Shown one piece after another: positions 52,021 through 64,000 of a stretch of DNA of 64,000 nt; the stretch's first letter is position 1; the number at the start of each line of letters is the position of its first letter. The stretch covers positions 46,624,001-46,688,000 of the forward strand of contig OX597820.1 of NCBI GenBank assembly GCA_951406725.2, given 5' to 3'. This DNA comes from Octopus vulgaris (lineage: Eukaryota). Under the pieces are notes generated by a model, which had not been told where the DNA came from, ran no database searches, and saw nothing but the letters and a program-made list of their open reading frames with translations. The translations under genes and the position numbers were made by a program.

Positions 52021-52024
<4 letters not shown>
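51740..52024 (-). mobile_element. CR1-like LINE 3' end
   Basis: LRVAEAWNRLSESVVSCRSTASFK matches the CR1 ORF2 C-terminal RV..WN.LP..VV...S...FK motif. Confidence 0.7.
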
Positions 52025-52075
<51 letters not shown>

Positions 52076-52675
52076 ATATGTGTGTGTGTGCACGCACATA
52101 GCTATGTGCATGTGTGTGTGTGTGTGTGTCTTTATGTTGGTATTCATTCTGCATACACCACATGGCAACTGGTGTTGGTTTACTTATATCACTGTCACTT
52201 AGCAGTTTGGCAAAAGAGACCAATTGACTAAGTACCAAACTTAAAACAAAAACAAAAAAATAAGTATTGGGGCTACTTTGTTCAACTAAATCCTTTGAGG
52301 CAGTGCCCCAACATGGACACAGTAAATCAAGTAAAAGAAAGAAAATATTTAAAAAAAAACAAATAAAGACATATACTTCACAGAGGCAATGGTGAATGAC
52401 CGAGTCCTTGGGATTATGTTGTGCTTGAGAAGAAAACCCATCAAGCCAAGTAAAATCACAGTCAAGGCAGATACTGGTGTCACACACATGGCACCCATGC
52501 TGTTGGTACACAAAAGCACCCATTTACATTCTTGGAGTGGTTGCCATTAGCAAGGGCATCCAGACATAGGAACCATGCCAAATCAGACTGGAGTCTGGTA
52601 CAGCCTTCTGGCTTGCCAGCCCTGGTCAAACTGTCCAACCCATACCAGCATGGACAACAGATGATGATGATTATG

Positions 52676-52707
<32 letters not shown>

Positions 52708-52779
52708 GATGACGACGATGATTTCGTAGAAAAGACAGAGATCAATGTAAAGCTTGAATGAAAAAGAAAATAATTTTAC

Positions 52780-52981
52780 CTGTGATAAGAATTTTGGTAG
52801 GTTAACATCATTGATGGCTTTCAATAGAAGTACTGATTCGTCTAGAGCACCGTGTTTTAACTTGAGATTACCTGCTGCTGTTAATACAGACTTTACAGCT
52901 CTCATACCATAATCATAATGATGCTGAGAGGATAACTGCTCTGAACAAAGTTTGTAAGTAGCCACAATCTTCCCGGATAAA
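52780..52981 (-). CDS. DNAH3: DNAH3-like exon 6 (AAA1 small domain)
   Basis: [33 protein letters not shown]...[10 protein letters not shown]; 202 nt. Confidence 0.95.
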
Positions 52982-53233
52982 CTGGAAATGACATAGTGGA
53001 GTAGATGTTGTGATTACTTAATTACTGGTATAGTTGTTGCTGTCAAAATAATAAGCTTTCACCAACACCATTATCTCAACTACCACCACCCCTATCATAA
53101 ACTCAATTACCAGAGCTGCAGCCACCACAACTATAACAACCATAAAATAAGTTCCAGTCACCTCTAACACAGCTACATGCCAACAGAACTATCTAGCAAC
53201 AATTACCAATACAAGTAGCACAGACATATATAA

Positions 53234-53292
<59 letters not shown>

Positions 53293-53494
53293 AACATATA
53301 TATATATATATATATAATAATAAATATTAGGGAATAAATCCAAATTTACAGGGAAAAAATCAGATTTAGGATCAAATCCAATTTTATAGTAAAATATTAT
53401 ATAATATTATTAGAGACAAAACCACTATTTTGCAAAACAAACAAGGAAAGACTTAATCAATACATAAAATTTTAATAAAAAGTAAAAAAAACCG

Positions 53495-53537
53495 CCACTA
53501 CAATTGTTTCTTGTCCTGATCGACAATCTTCAGGTGG
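53495..53537 (-). ncRNA. Type I minimal hammerhead ribozyme (left arm of palindrome)
   Basis: ccac-CTGAAGA-ttgtc(gatcag)gacaa-GAAAC-aatt-GTA|gtgg. Confidence 0.82.
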
Positions 53538-53550
53538 ACTTATTGGAAGT

Positions 53551-53593
53551 CCACCTGAAGATCGTCGATCAGGACAAGAAACAATTGTAGTGG
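53551..53593 (+). ncRNA. Type I minimal hammerhead ribozyme (right arm of palindrome)
   Basis: ccac-CTGAAGA-tcgtc(gatcag)gacaa-GAAAC-aatt-GTA|gtgg; one stem II mismatch. Confidence 0.78.
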
Positions 53594-54595
53594 CGGTTTT
53601 TTTGACTTTTTATTAAAATTTTATGTATTTATTAAGTCTTTCCTTGTTTGTTTTGCAAAATAGTGGTTTTGTCTCTAATAATATTATATATATATATATA
53701 TATATTTATATACAAGGGAGTGATGGAAAGTTCCTGGTTTTAAGGGTATCATAAAAGGCCTGACCACTGCAATAAGTATAAAAATCATCTGAGAGGGGAA
53801 TATGTTGAATAAAATCATAATTAATTGATCCTTCTGTATTCTCTTTTACCCAAAGCCATATATATATACATAATAGATGAATTAAAATAATGGTCATTAT
53901 ATATTATTCCTTTATTATAGTAAATTTGGCTTACACCTGTTTCCAGTAGTCATTATAAATAGGTTTACCCAATTAGTATATTGAGAAAAAGAGGCAAATT
54001 GAAAGACCTAAGAAAATTAATGATTTTTCTAGCAATGGCTCTGACAAAAATATTAATTTTCTTAGGTCTTTTGATTTACCTCAGTTGATCAATAGACCAT
54101 TAAAGAATTGTGATGAACCATAAATTAGTTCTTCACTAATCTGACAAATATTGTTAGCTTGGTGTGCTAACAGAGAACTTATGAAGTATTTTGCCTGGAT
54201 TAATAACTTTATTTTCGTATTTCGTGTTGTTTACATTTTATGTTGTCCCGTACCTATATATGCATACCTATACACATATGTATGTATGTATGTACATATA
54301 TGGATGTATATATGTGTATGTATATATATTATTTATATTATTATTTGATTGAATGCCATGCACCCATTTCCAAGTAAGTTTATCTTTATATACATATATA
54401 TGTGCAGGTGGCACGTAAAAAGCGCCCGCTACACTCACGGAGTGGTTGGCGTTAGGAAGGGCATCCAGCCGTAGAAACTCTGCCAGATCAGACTGGAGCC
54501 TGGAGCAGCCCCTGGCTTCCCAGACCCCGGTCAAACCGTCCAACCCGTGCTGGCGCGGAAGACGGACATTAAACGATGATGATGATGATGATATA

Positions 54596-54633
<38 letters not shown>

Positions 54634-54809
54634 TAAAGGTGAAACAAGTTGGAAAAAAACAATACTCGAATATAGGAAACAAAACCATTTTCAAACGTGT
54701 ATCTATCAAAGTAATTGTATATTTCTGCACATAACCTTATTTTGTTCCATTCAAAACAAAACTCTGACGAATAGGAATGAGAAATTTTGAATAACAGTTT
54801 TTCGATAGA

Positions 54810-54843
<34 letters not shown>

Positions 54844-54886
54844 GAATAAAAATGGAGTTAACGCAGGTTTAAACAAGTATTTTTAC

Positions 54887-54968
54887 TTTCTACATATGTT
54901 TCGAAAATTCCACTGATACTATTCAAAAGAATAAAAGGTATAAACAATGCAATCTTCTCTTCGGGAAA
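54887..54968 (-). ncRNA. Variant hammerhead motif (CCGAAGA core) within an inverted repeat
   Basis: tttc-CCGAAGA-gaagatt...aattttc-GAAAC-atat-GTA|gaaa. Confidence 0.62.
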
Positions 54969-55456
54969 CATATGTAGAAAGTAAAAATACTTGTTTAAAC
55001 CTGCGTTAACTCCATTTTTTATTCATATTATTCAAAATATTCAACGTAAACACGAAGTTTCAACCTTTATAAACAAGGAGTTACAACATCTTTACTTGTG
55101 AGATTTTGCTGCCCTGGTAACTATTTATTTATTTTTCCGTGTTAATTGTTAACAAGGTAAAATACACTCATATATGTATATATATATATATATATATCAT
55201 TTAGGCATAGCGATACTAATAATCTGATGTTAGAATTCAGTATCCATAGGCTTCAGAATGAAGTGTCAGTTGAGTATAGAGAGATAATAAGAAATTAGGA
55301 TGACAAAGGAATAATCAATTATGTTATGAATTTTATTAGCTTACAGCTATTTCTGCTATAGAATGCAATGCAATACACATACTACACGCACATGCACATA
55401 CATACATACATGCACGCACGCACACACAAAACATGTAAGTAAAAGTTCTTCCTTAC

Positions 55457-55548
55457 TTTCTGGCCTGTACAAATCCCATGGAGTATAGCACAATTTCACC
55501 AATGAGTGCATAGTCTGGTACCATCATTGCAACTGTACGGAACAGTAC
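55457..55548 (-). CDS. DNAH3: DNAH3-like exon 5
   Basis: [30 protein letters not shown]+AA; 92 nt, cag/gtaag flanks; not in the ORF track. Confidence 0.95.
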
Positions 55549-55770
55549 CTGAAATAGCCAAGATTATTTGAGAAGATTTAAGTTTTTCTTTACGATAGAC
55601 ACTCCCGCCACAATTTTCTATCCATTTAATGGGAACTAGGCTCTTTCAACAAAATCAAACATAACATGTATCAAGGAAATGGTTTTGCAGCATTACATAC
55701 TCTCTACTTACATATGAACACAAGTCCCTAAAGTCATCACAAACATAAGAGACACATTCTTCAAAACCAG

Positions 55771-55818
<48 letters not shown>

Positions 55819-57049
55819 ATGTGTGTGTACATATGTATGTATATATAGATAGATAGATAGACAGACGGATAGATATACATATATACATATATATATATAT
55901 AAGTGGGCTGTAACCAGCCCACTTATAAGTACCCTTCATTCGTTGGACAATAAACTTTGCTTGCAAAGACCTGTTGAGGCAAGTGAAATCAAAATCGCTG
56001 ACGTGGCCAATGACAGTACCACCTGATTGGCATTCATGCCAGTGGAACGTTAAAAGAACCATCCAAGCATGATCGTTGCCAGGGCCACTAACTGGTTCTC
56101 GTGTTGGTGCCACGTAAAAAGCACCATTCGAGCATGATCATTGCCAGCGTCACCTTACTGGTACATGTAAAAGAACATTTGAGTGTGGTCATTGCCAGTG
56201 CTGCTGGACTGGCCCTTGTGCCAGTGGCATATAAAAGCATCCACTACACTCTCAGAGTGAAGGGCATCCAGCTGTAGAAATTTTGCCAGATCAGATTAGA
56301 GCCTGGTGCAGCCTTCTGGCTCGCCGGTTCTCAGTCAAACCATCCAACCCAAGCCAGCATGGAAGGCAGATGTTAAACGATGATGATGATGATGATGATA
56401 TATATAATATGAAGGGTTTAGTTCACTTGTGATCTAAACGAAAAGGTATGCTGGGTAAGTGCTATAGTAGGTCCACCTTTATGTTCCAAGATCACCTCTA
56501 AGGCTGGTGTAGGGATCAATGCTAGAGTTCTGTTATAGCAGGTATATATTATATTATAGGAAAAATCAAAACCAAGGCAGAACAAGTATCTCAAATCATT
56601 TATAATAATTTAATTTGAAGTCTTACAGCCGTTTCTGGGATAACCCAAATGGTAGGTTAGCATGTCCATGCACTGAGCATTCTGTCATCTGAGACAAGGT
56701 ATGAATATTTTAGACATGAAAGAATTTACAGTTTATAAGGAATAAAATTCACAGTTTGTAAGGAATAAAATAAAAGAGTAAAAGTTGTTAGAAGAATATA
56801 GGCAGGAGAATAGTGTTCACAACTCATCTTTTTCCAGAGGATATGGATGTTTGGTCAGTACTTCCATGAAGGTACAGGTCCTTAGTTAAAATCCCAGGTA
56901 AATCCAGACAGTACTTTGAATGATGAATTCATATTGTAAATGTGTATATAGGAAGTATGATGGACATAGAATTTTTAACTAAGGACCTATACCTTCATGA
57001 AAGTACCGACCAATATATATACATACATATACATACGTATGTCTGCTAC

Positions 57050-57092
57050 TCCAGACTGATGATGAGCAAAGACTCAGAAACTAATCTCTGGA
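57050..57092 (+). ncRNA. Minimal hammerhead motif with stem III mismatch
   Basis: tccaga-CTGATGA-tgag(caaaga)ctca-GAAAC-ta-ATC|tctgga. Confidence 0.65.
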
Positions 57093-57324
57093 TGCAGGCT
57101 TAGCTGGGTGGAGGTGCTTGTCTCCCCCTTGTAAACATAAGGACACAGGAAATGTGTCAAGGCCAACAGTAAGTGTTGATGTTTCCTAGGGTTAAATAGC
57201 AGTGGTGTGATTCCCTTCATGGGACTGTCACATTGAGTTGACAGTATACAACTACTTTATCATACCACTACTGTATAAATCTCTCTGAGATATTAAGAAA
57301 TGTAATATATATATATATCTAAAG

Positions 57325-58064
57325 TAGAGAAAATTGAAAACACAAATCATAGGCAGTCAAAGAGATTCCCAAACATATAAATAGAAATATTCAATCAAAG
57401 TAGTTGAATCATATATATTTATATACATCAACGTAAATCATGCATGTACAGGCGTAAAGATTCTCCAAGGGTATAAAGAATAAAACCAAACATACATAGA
57501 AATATAGAAGAAATATAAAAAATACATAAAAATACATATAAAATTACACATAAATAAAATTTACAAGTGAGGAGTTATGCATGATAGATATAGGAGGTGC
57601 AAAACGAACAAGAAGTTGATAAATATAGGAATAAGAACGTCAACCTTTAAAATGGCAAACTGCCAAAAATCATCTAAAAATCACAAATACATATAGAATA
57701 TAAGACAGAAATGACGCTAGATATCAAGGTTAAGAAAGACATAAATAAAATTGGATCCAAAAATAGGAAAGTATTTTTATTCGTTTTACACCTCCTATAT
57801 TTATCACGCATAACTCCTCACATGTAAATTTTATATATATGTAATTTTTATATGTATTTTTATATATTTTTATATTTCTTCTATATTTTTTACGTATGTT
57901 TGGTTTTATTCTTTATACCTTTGGAGAATCTTTATGCCTGTACATGCATGATTTATGCTGATATATATAAATATATATGATTCAATTACATTTATTAAAT
58001 ATTTTCGTTTATGCATTCGGGAATCTGTTTGACTGCTTATGATTTGCATTTTCAATTTTCTCTA
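57325..58064. repeat. Imperfect inverted repeat, ~285-bp arms, between (TA)n tracts
   Basis: 57325-57608 is reverse-complementary to 57780-58064. Confidence 0.9.
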
Positions 58065-59082
58065 ATCTGTATTTTTTCACATTGGCATATATATATATAT
58101 ATATATCCTTATTTAATATCCACTTTTTCATGTTCACATAGATCAGATGGAATTTGATGGGGTAGATTCTCTACAGCCAGATGCCCTTCTTGTCATCAAC
58201 CCTCACCAGTTTCCAAAGCAGGGTAATTATTTTCCCATGCCCGAATATAGTTTCACGGAAGATTGGAAATGAAGGACACAGCTTATATGAGAGTGACACT
58301 CATTTACAACTACCAAGGAGAGACTAACACACACACACACACGATGTGCCTCTTTCAGTTTCTGTCAGACAAATCTACTCTCAAGGCTTTGATTGACCTG
58401 GGGCTATAGTAGAAGGCACTTGGTCAAGAAGCCACATGGTGAGATTGAATCTGAAACCATGTGGTTGGGAAGCAAACTTCTTAACTACAAAGCCATGACA
58501 GCACCTAGGCACACCTACATCTAGCCACCCCTATGCCTGTGGCTTAAATTATATAATTCATAAATAGTCACATCACGTGATCACCTGACTGACCAGGGTA
58601 TCAGAAGTTACTACACATAGCTGGTCACAATACGTTTGCATTGTTTTAGCCTTCGAATGACATCATCCCGCTGGCTAAGCGAGCAGGCCAACAAAAGAAA
58701 GAGTGAGAGGAGGAGTGGTGAAAGAGTACAACAGGGATCACCACCCGCTGCCTGAGCCTAGTGGAGCTTTTTAGGTGTTTTCGCTCAATAAACACACACA
58801 ACGCCCGGTCTGGGAATCGAAACCATGATCCTACGACCGCGAGTCCACTGCCCTAACCACTGGGCCATTGCGCCTCCACAAATAGTCACATAATGGATAC
58901 TAATATCTGTAAACAAGACTGCTGATAGTTTCCCCATGTAATTACTAAAAACACTGTAACATAATTAAAGTCAACTACATAACTCATCCACTAACACACA
59001 ACAGCAATTACATACCTTTGAGGGAGAGCCTGTTCACATACAAACACAATAGACTTTATACTAAATGGTGAATTATGCTAAC

Positions 59083-59373
59083 CTTGAGGTTATCTGGCAG
59101 TTCTTGACGACCAGCATAGCCAGGATTCATGGTGATAAATATAGTGCAGGTTCGATCCAGCTTCAGTTCAGTTCCTTCAAAGATGAATTTACTTTGTTGT
59201 TGTGCTATAGCCATTTGAATACTCTGGATTTGTTGTGCAACCACAGACAGTACCTCTAATTCAATACGGTTGAACTCATCAAAGCAGGCCCAGGCTCCAG
59301 ATTGGGCTAAACCTTTGAAAAATTTGCCCATTGCTTGGTAATCAAGACCATCAGAACAGTTGAATACTACACA
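59083..59373 (-). CDS. DNAH3: DNAH3-like exon 4 (AAA1 Walker B and sensor I)
   Basis: [12 protein letters not shown]...[19 protein letters not shown]...[19 protein letters not shown]; 291 nt. Confidence 0.96.
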
Positions 59374-60016
59374 CTTTTAATGAAAAGAATATAAATTGTT
59401 TAGAATAGTATAAGACCAAATTTCATTGACTATAAACCACAATAGAATTACCTTTCTTAAGATGCATGTTTTTCAAAGAAAAATGATCCCATGAAACCTT
59501 CCTGGGTACTTTAATCATAATTACTTTAAATATTGGTTTCAAATTTTGGCACAAGGACAATAGTTTCAGGATGGGCATAAGTCAATTATATCAGCCCCAG
59601 TGTTCAACTGGTACTTATTTTATTAACCACAAAAGGATGAAAAACAAAGTCAACCTTGATGGTATTTCAGCTCAGAACGTAAAGATGGATGGAATACTGC
59701 TAAGAATTTTGCCCAGCATGCTAACAATTCTGCCAGCTTGTTGCCTTAGTTGCTTTAAATATTACATGCTTTGATGCACTAAAAACAATTTTTCCTGAAT
59801 AGGTGTTACTGAAATTGGGATTCATCTAATATGCTTGTGCATCTTTTATATGCCATCTAATACTGTATACACACAGTTATATACAAACATGAGAATAATT
59901 TTCAATAGTTATAAAACATATCCGGAATTATACACACACTGATATATACATACATAACTGTATTTTCAATATCTTTAAAATATAATTGGATTATACACTC
60001 AAAAGTTATAAAGGTA

Positions 60017-60065
<49 letters not shown>

Positions 60066-60225
60066 ATATACACATACATACATATATACATACATATATA
60101 CATACATATATATACACATAGACATACATAACATACACGTATGTAATATCACCGATTTTACGTAACTAAAATGACAGCATAATTACACAGGCAGATACGT
60201 ACATATAAATATATTAACTATATAC

Positions 60226-60274
<49 letters not shown>

Positions 60275-60664
60275 TGTATGTGTGTACGTATATATGTATG
60301 TATATGCATAGAGATGCATATATATATGTGCACATATACTCACAGATGCATGCTCACACACCACACAACTCATGTATGCATGTTCAATATTTATAAGGAA
60401 ATCTGTCATTAATTTTAACAAAGTCCTGATCAACCAAAGTCCTATTCATTGATTTGTAGTCTAAAAGTCTGAGGATTCCACAGACACCTATGCTTTTATA
60501 TAATCTTCAAGTAATCAATGTATAATACGCTGGTCTTCAAATCATGCATACAGTTCATCTGATTAGAAGTATAGTCAAAGAAAGGCTAAATGCTTTATGG
60601 AATAAATATTATTTATGTTGTTTTTAGAGGTGGTGCATTTGCACCAAATCAGTTCCTTGCTTAC

Positions 60665-60773
60665 CTGTTTGCCTACAGCTTTTGCTAGATCTTTTGATGT
60701 TTCAGTTTTGCCAGTTCCAGCTGGCCCCTCTGGTGCTCCTCCCAAGTTCAGTTTTAAGGCCCCCATCAATGTC
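60665..60773 (-). CDS. DNAH3: DNAH3-like exon 3 (AAA1 Walker A)
   Basis: [36 protein letters not shown]; P-loop GPAGTGKT; 109 nt. Confidence 0.96.
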
Positions 60774-61595
60774 CTGTGAAAATCAAGAGTAAAAATAAGC
60801 TGGTCTCATGACAATTTTAATGATGAAAATGAGGTTGATAATGTTAACAACAACAACATAGTGTAACACGATTTCTGTCCTTTGGTAGTGAATGTTATTT
60901 CCTATTTGCTTATCTCTAGAAACTATGGAAAACAGCTAATATTTCATTCAAACTTTGCTTTTGTTATGATATTTATTCAAACCTCAATGAATCTCCCTCA
61001 ACACATGGTTATGATGCTCCTCCACTACTTCTGCTCATAATCAGAGATGCACATATTGCCAGCCACTAAGGGACATGCACAAGTGGTTACGGTCAAGAAC
61101 CTGACAAGCAAATCTGTGGTATTGACCAAAATATTTCCTATAACAATATTTCTGCTTCAGCAACTCCGTGCTGAATCTGTCTGAAATGTAATGGAAAATA
61201 GGTCAGTTTCAAAACATTGATGTCCAGATCACAAAAGCAAAGGTAATAGTAGTCATTTCCTTTGATGTCTAGATAGAAGCAAATAAGAACTAACACTTAC
61301 TGACCAAAGGCAAACAACAATAACAATTTGGTTATGCAGTGTAATGATTTGTAACATAGACACAAGACTTCAAATCTGAGCGGAAGGTTTGCTTTTCCTT
61401 TCTTGAGCCATAGTACTCATAAAGCTGGTTGGCCAATTTCCATAACAGATAAGTGACCGAGATCACAACATTCTCTGATTGGGACACTAGTCTGCTGCAG
61501 AGTTCAAGGCCAGCAATTTTTGAGGGGATAGGACAAGTCAATAAAAAAGGGTATTATAGGACCCCAGGCAAATCAATGCACTGGCTCCCATTATA

Positions 61596-62150
61596 TTGGG
61601 TTGTCTGGAAAGTTTGTGCCGATTTATAGTAGCTTACCTTTCAACTTATTTTAGAACATGGTTGAGTCCATAAAATAGGATTTGACTGCACCTCCATTTA
61701 GAGCACAGTTTAAGCTGTCTTTTCATGGAAGAACGTTTATGTTCCTATAACCTGTGTTAATTCTGTAACCCTTTAAAATGGAAGATAAGAAAGTTCATTT
61801 TTGGCACTTGATAATTTGGGAACCAGACAAAAATTGCTGCAGCTCGGCTGGGATGTGTTACCCCACCCTCTATATTCACCAGATATTGCTCCACTTATTC
61901 AGGTCTCTGCAGAATAGTCTTAATGGTAAAAATTTCAATTCCTTTGATGACGTAAAAAGATACCTTGACGAATTCTTTGCTATGAAACCACCTCAGTTCT
62001 GGAAAGAGGGTATTTTCAAGTTAAAGGAAAGATGGAGATGCATTGTGCAACAAAATGGTTCATATTTGGTTGATTAAAAATGTAATGCCAAGTATTTATT
62101 AACCTTTTTCTTTCCTTTAAAAATCGGCACAAACTTTCCGGACAACCCAA
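61596..62150 (+). mobile_element. Internally deleted mariner element (555 bp), second copy
   Basis: Same TIRs, length and deletion as 15542-16096; TA TSD. Confidence 0.92.
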
Positions 62151-62739
62151 TATATATGACAGTCCATATTCTAAATTCTTTTAAACAAGGTTAAATATGT
62201 TCCCTGAAGCAGATAAGGTCAAGGTGACCCAACAACTATATCAATCTCAATCACACAACACACCAAGAAAAGCTTTGTAGACCAAACCATTTCTCTTCTT
62301 GAAACAACTGACACAGGTGGCTGTGTGGTAAGTAGCTTGCTTACCAACCACATGGTTCCGGGTTCAGTCCCACTGCGTGGCATCTTGGGCAAGTGTCTTC
62401 TGCTACAGCCTTGGGCCGACCAATGCCTTGTGAGTGGATTTGGTAGACGGAAACTGAAAGAAGCCTGTCGTATATATGTATATATATATATGTATGTGTG
62501 TGTATGTTTGCGTGTCTGTGTTTGTCCCCCTAGCATTGCTTGACAACCGATGCTGGTGTATTTACGTCCCCGTCACTTAGCGGTTCGGCAAAAGAGACCG
62601 ATAGAATAAGTACTGGGCTTACAAAGAATAAGTCCCGGGGTCGATTTGCTCGACTAAAGGTGGTGCTCCAGCATGGCCGCAGTCAAATGACTGAAACAAG
62701 TAAAAGAGTAAAAGAGAGGTATATAAAAACAGACCTTAC

Positions 62740-62935
62740 CTGTAACATCGGTCTGTCAAGGGGGTAATGACAAGACGAGGAGTGTTTCCTAGATATTCAT
62801 AACCATACCTCATCTCTGTCGTGATCATACGTACGATGACATTGTCTACCCAGTAATAACGTAACTGCGCCAACCATAGGAAATCATGAGTGTTGTTCAC
62901 ATTCTGTTCACATAGTTCAGAGACAACATCTCGAG
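62740..62935 (-). CDS. DNAH3: DNAH3-like exon 2 (entry to AAA1)
   Basis: (A)RDVVSEL...[12 protein letters not shown]...[22 protein letters not shown](R); 196 nt, AG/GT flanks; not in the ORF track. Confidence 0.95.
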
Positions 62936-63787
62936 CTGTAGATACAAAAGGATAGTTGTTACTTCAAAGATAAGACAACAATAAAGAACACATCAACTCT
63001 TAAAATTGGCAAGGATTTCATCTGTTTGCAAATTTATACATTTATAAAAAGAAAGAAAATGTTTGACGATGATGATGATGAATTTCAATGTTGTTTTCCC
63101 TCTTACACACACATACATGCACCTCATTCTCTTCTCATATATGCAAATGCTCGGTTTGGCTTTCACTTACACATCCAAATGTTCCCCTCATACCCAAATT
63201 CTTCTAATTCTATTCTACTTTCACTTACCTTTCTTTCCAGCTCCACACTAGTTGCTTCCATCCACTTTTGTATAATGCAAGCAACCAAGTATCTCCTCTA
63301 CAGAAAGAAACCTGATCCAGCCCTTCCTTTCATACTTTGACCTTTTATCACCAAGCATACATAAAGCTGCCTGCCTCTCTAGTGTAGTGCCATTCAGCCA
63401 AATGGGATCTTATTCTTGCAAGCTAGATGGCAGCTCTATGAATGGAAAAGGCACCTTTTCCATTAGTGTAAAGTTGTTGGCATTAAGAAGGGCATCTAAC
63501 CACAGACGCTAAGCCAATGCAGACAATGGAGCACAATGCAGTCCTCCTGTCAGATCCCATCAATCTGTGTAACCCTAGCCAGCATGGCAGATGGAGGTTA
63601 GGAGGAGGAGGAAATGGCAGCAGCAGTGGTAGCAACAGCAGTGACAGTGGCAGCAGCAATGACAACAATCCTCTACTTTGACTTTCTCATCTTCTCTTTT
63701 TCTCCTCATCCCGTCTCCTATTCCCACCTCTAGCTCACCCTCAATACCGAGTAAGCCCTAAAACACAAAAGCCACAATTCATCTTAC

Positions 63788-63902
63788 CATGAACATCGAT
63801 GACAATCAATGCTCCAAGTGTTATACGAGCCCCACTGCTTAGTTTTGATCTAACAAGTTCCACTATTTCATCAATCTGCTCATTACTTTTCCTGAGGTAG
63901 TC
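63788..63902 (-). CDS. DNAH3: Axonemal dynein heavy chain (DNAH3-like), exon 1 of 18 in window (linker end)
   Basis: cag|DYLRKSNEQIDEIVELVRSKLSSGARITLGALIVIDVH+G|gtaag; 115 nt, phase 0-1; matches the conserved LVRGKL..GALxVIDVHA segment. Confidence 0.93.
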
Positions 63903-64000
63903 CTGCAAATAAAACAAGCGACAAGTTTTCATAGAGACTGCAACAATGTTAACCTTAAAGCACTACCTAGCAATTGTAAAAAAATACTTTGTTTATTTTA

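Noticed and set aside
54757-54811. CTGACGA...GAAA hammerhead-like words
   Set aside because: No credible stem II and the spacing to stem I is wrong.

Overview
AT-rich, microsatellite- and repeat-dense eukaryotic DNA; the SINE/LINE repertoire suggests a cephalopod, probably Octopus (inference). The window lies inside one minus-strand gene, an axonemal dynein heavy chain most similar to DNAH3. I traced 18 GT-AG exons by hand (63902 down to 5254, 3242 nt, about 1080 codons, phases consistent). They cover the end of the linker, AAA1, AAA2, AAA3 and the lead-in to AAA4, and the gene continues beyond both edges. The introns hold RTE, R4/Dong, CR1 and Penelope-like retroelement pieces, Tc1/mariner, piggyBac-like and Helitron elements, and several SINE families. 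The main unannotated signal is about 9 type-I hammerhead-ribozyme (HHR) or HHR-like motifs, several inside palindromes next to (TA)n tracts. One has a compensatory G3-C8 core swap and two sit back-to-back. Also notable: a 2.65-kb foldback, a candidate 30-nt microexon, two Ser(AGT)-for-Gly codons that A-to-I editing could revert, and a SINE carrying 90 bp copied from nearby DNA. Exon coordinates are base-resolved; most repeat boundaries are approximate. No database searches were run.
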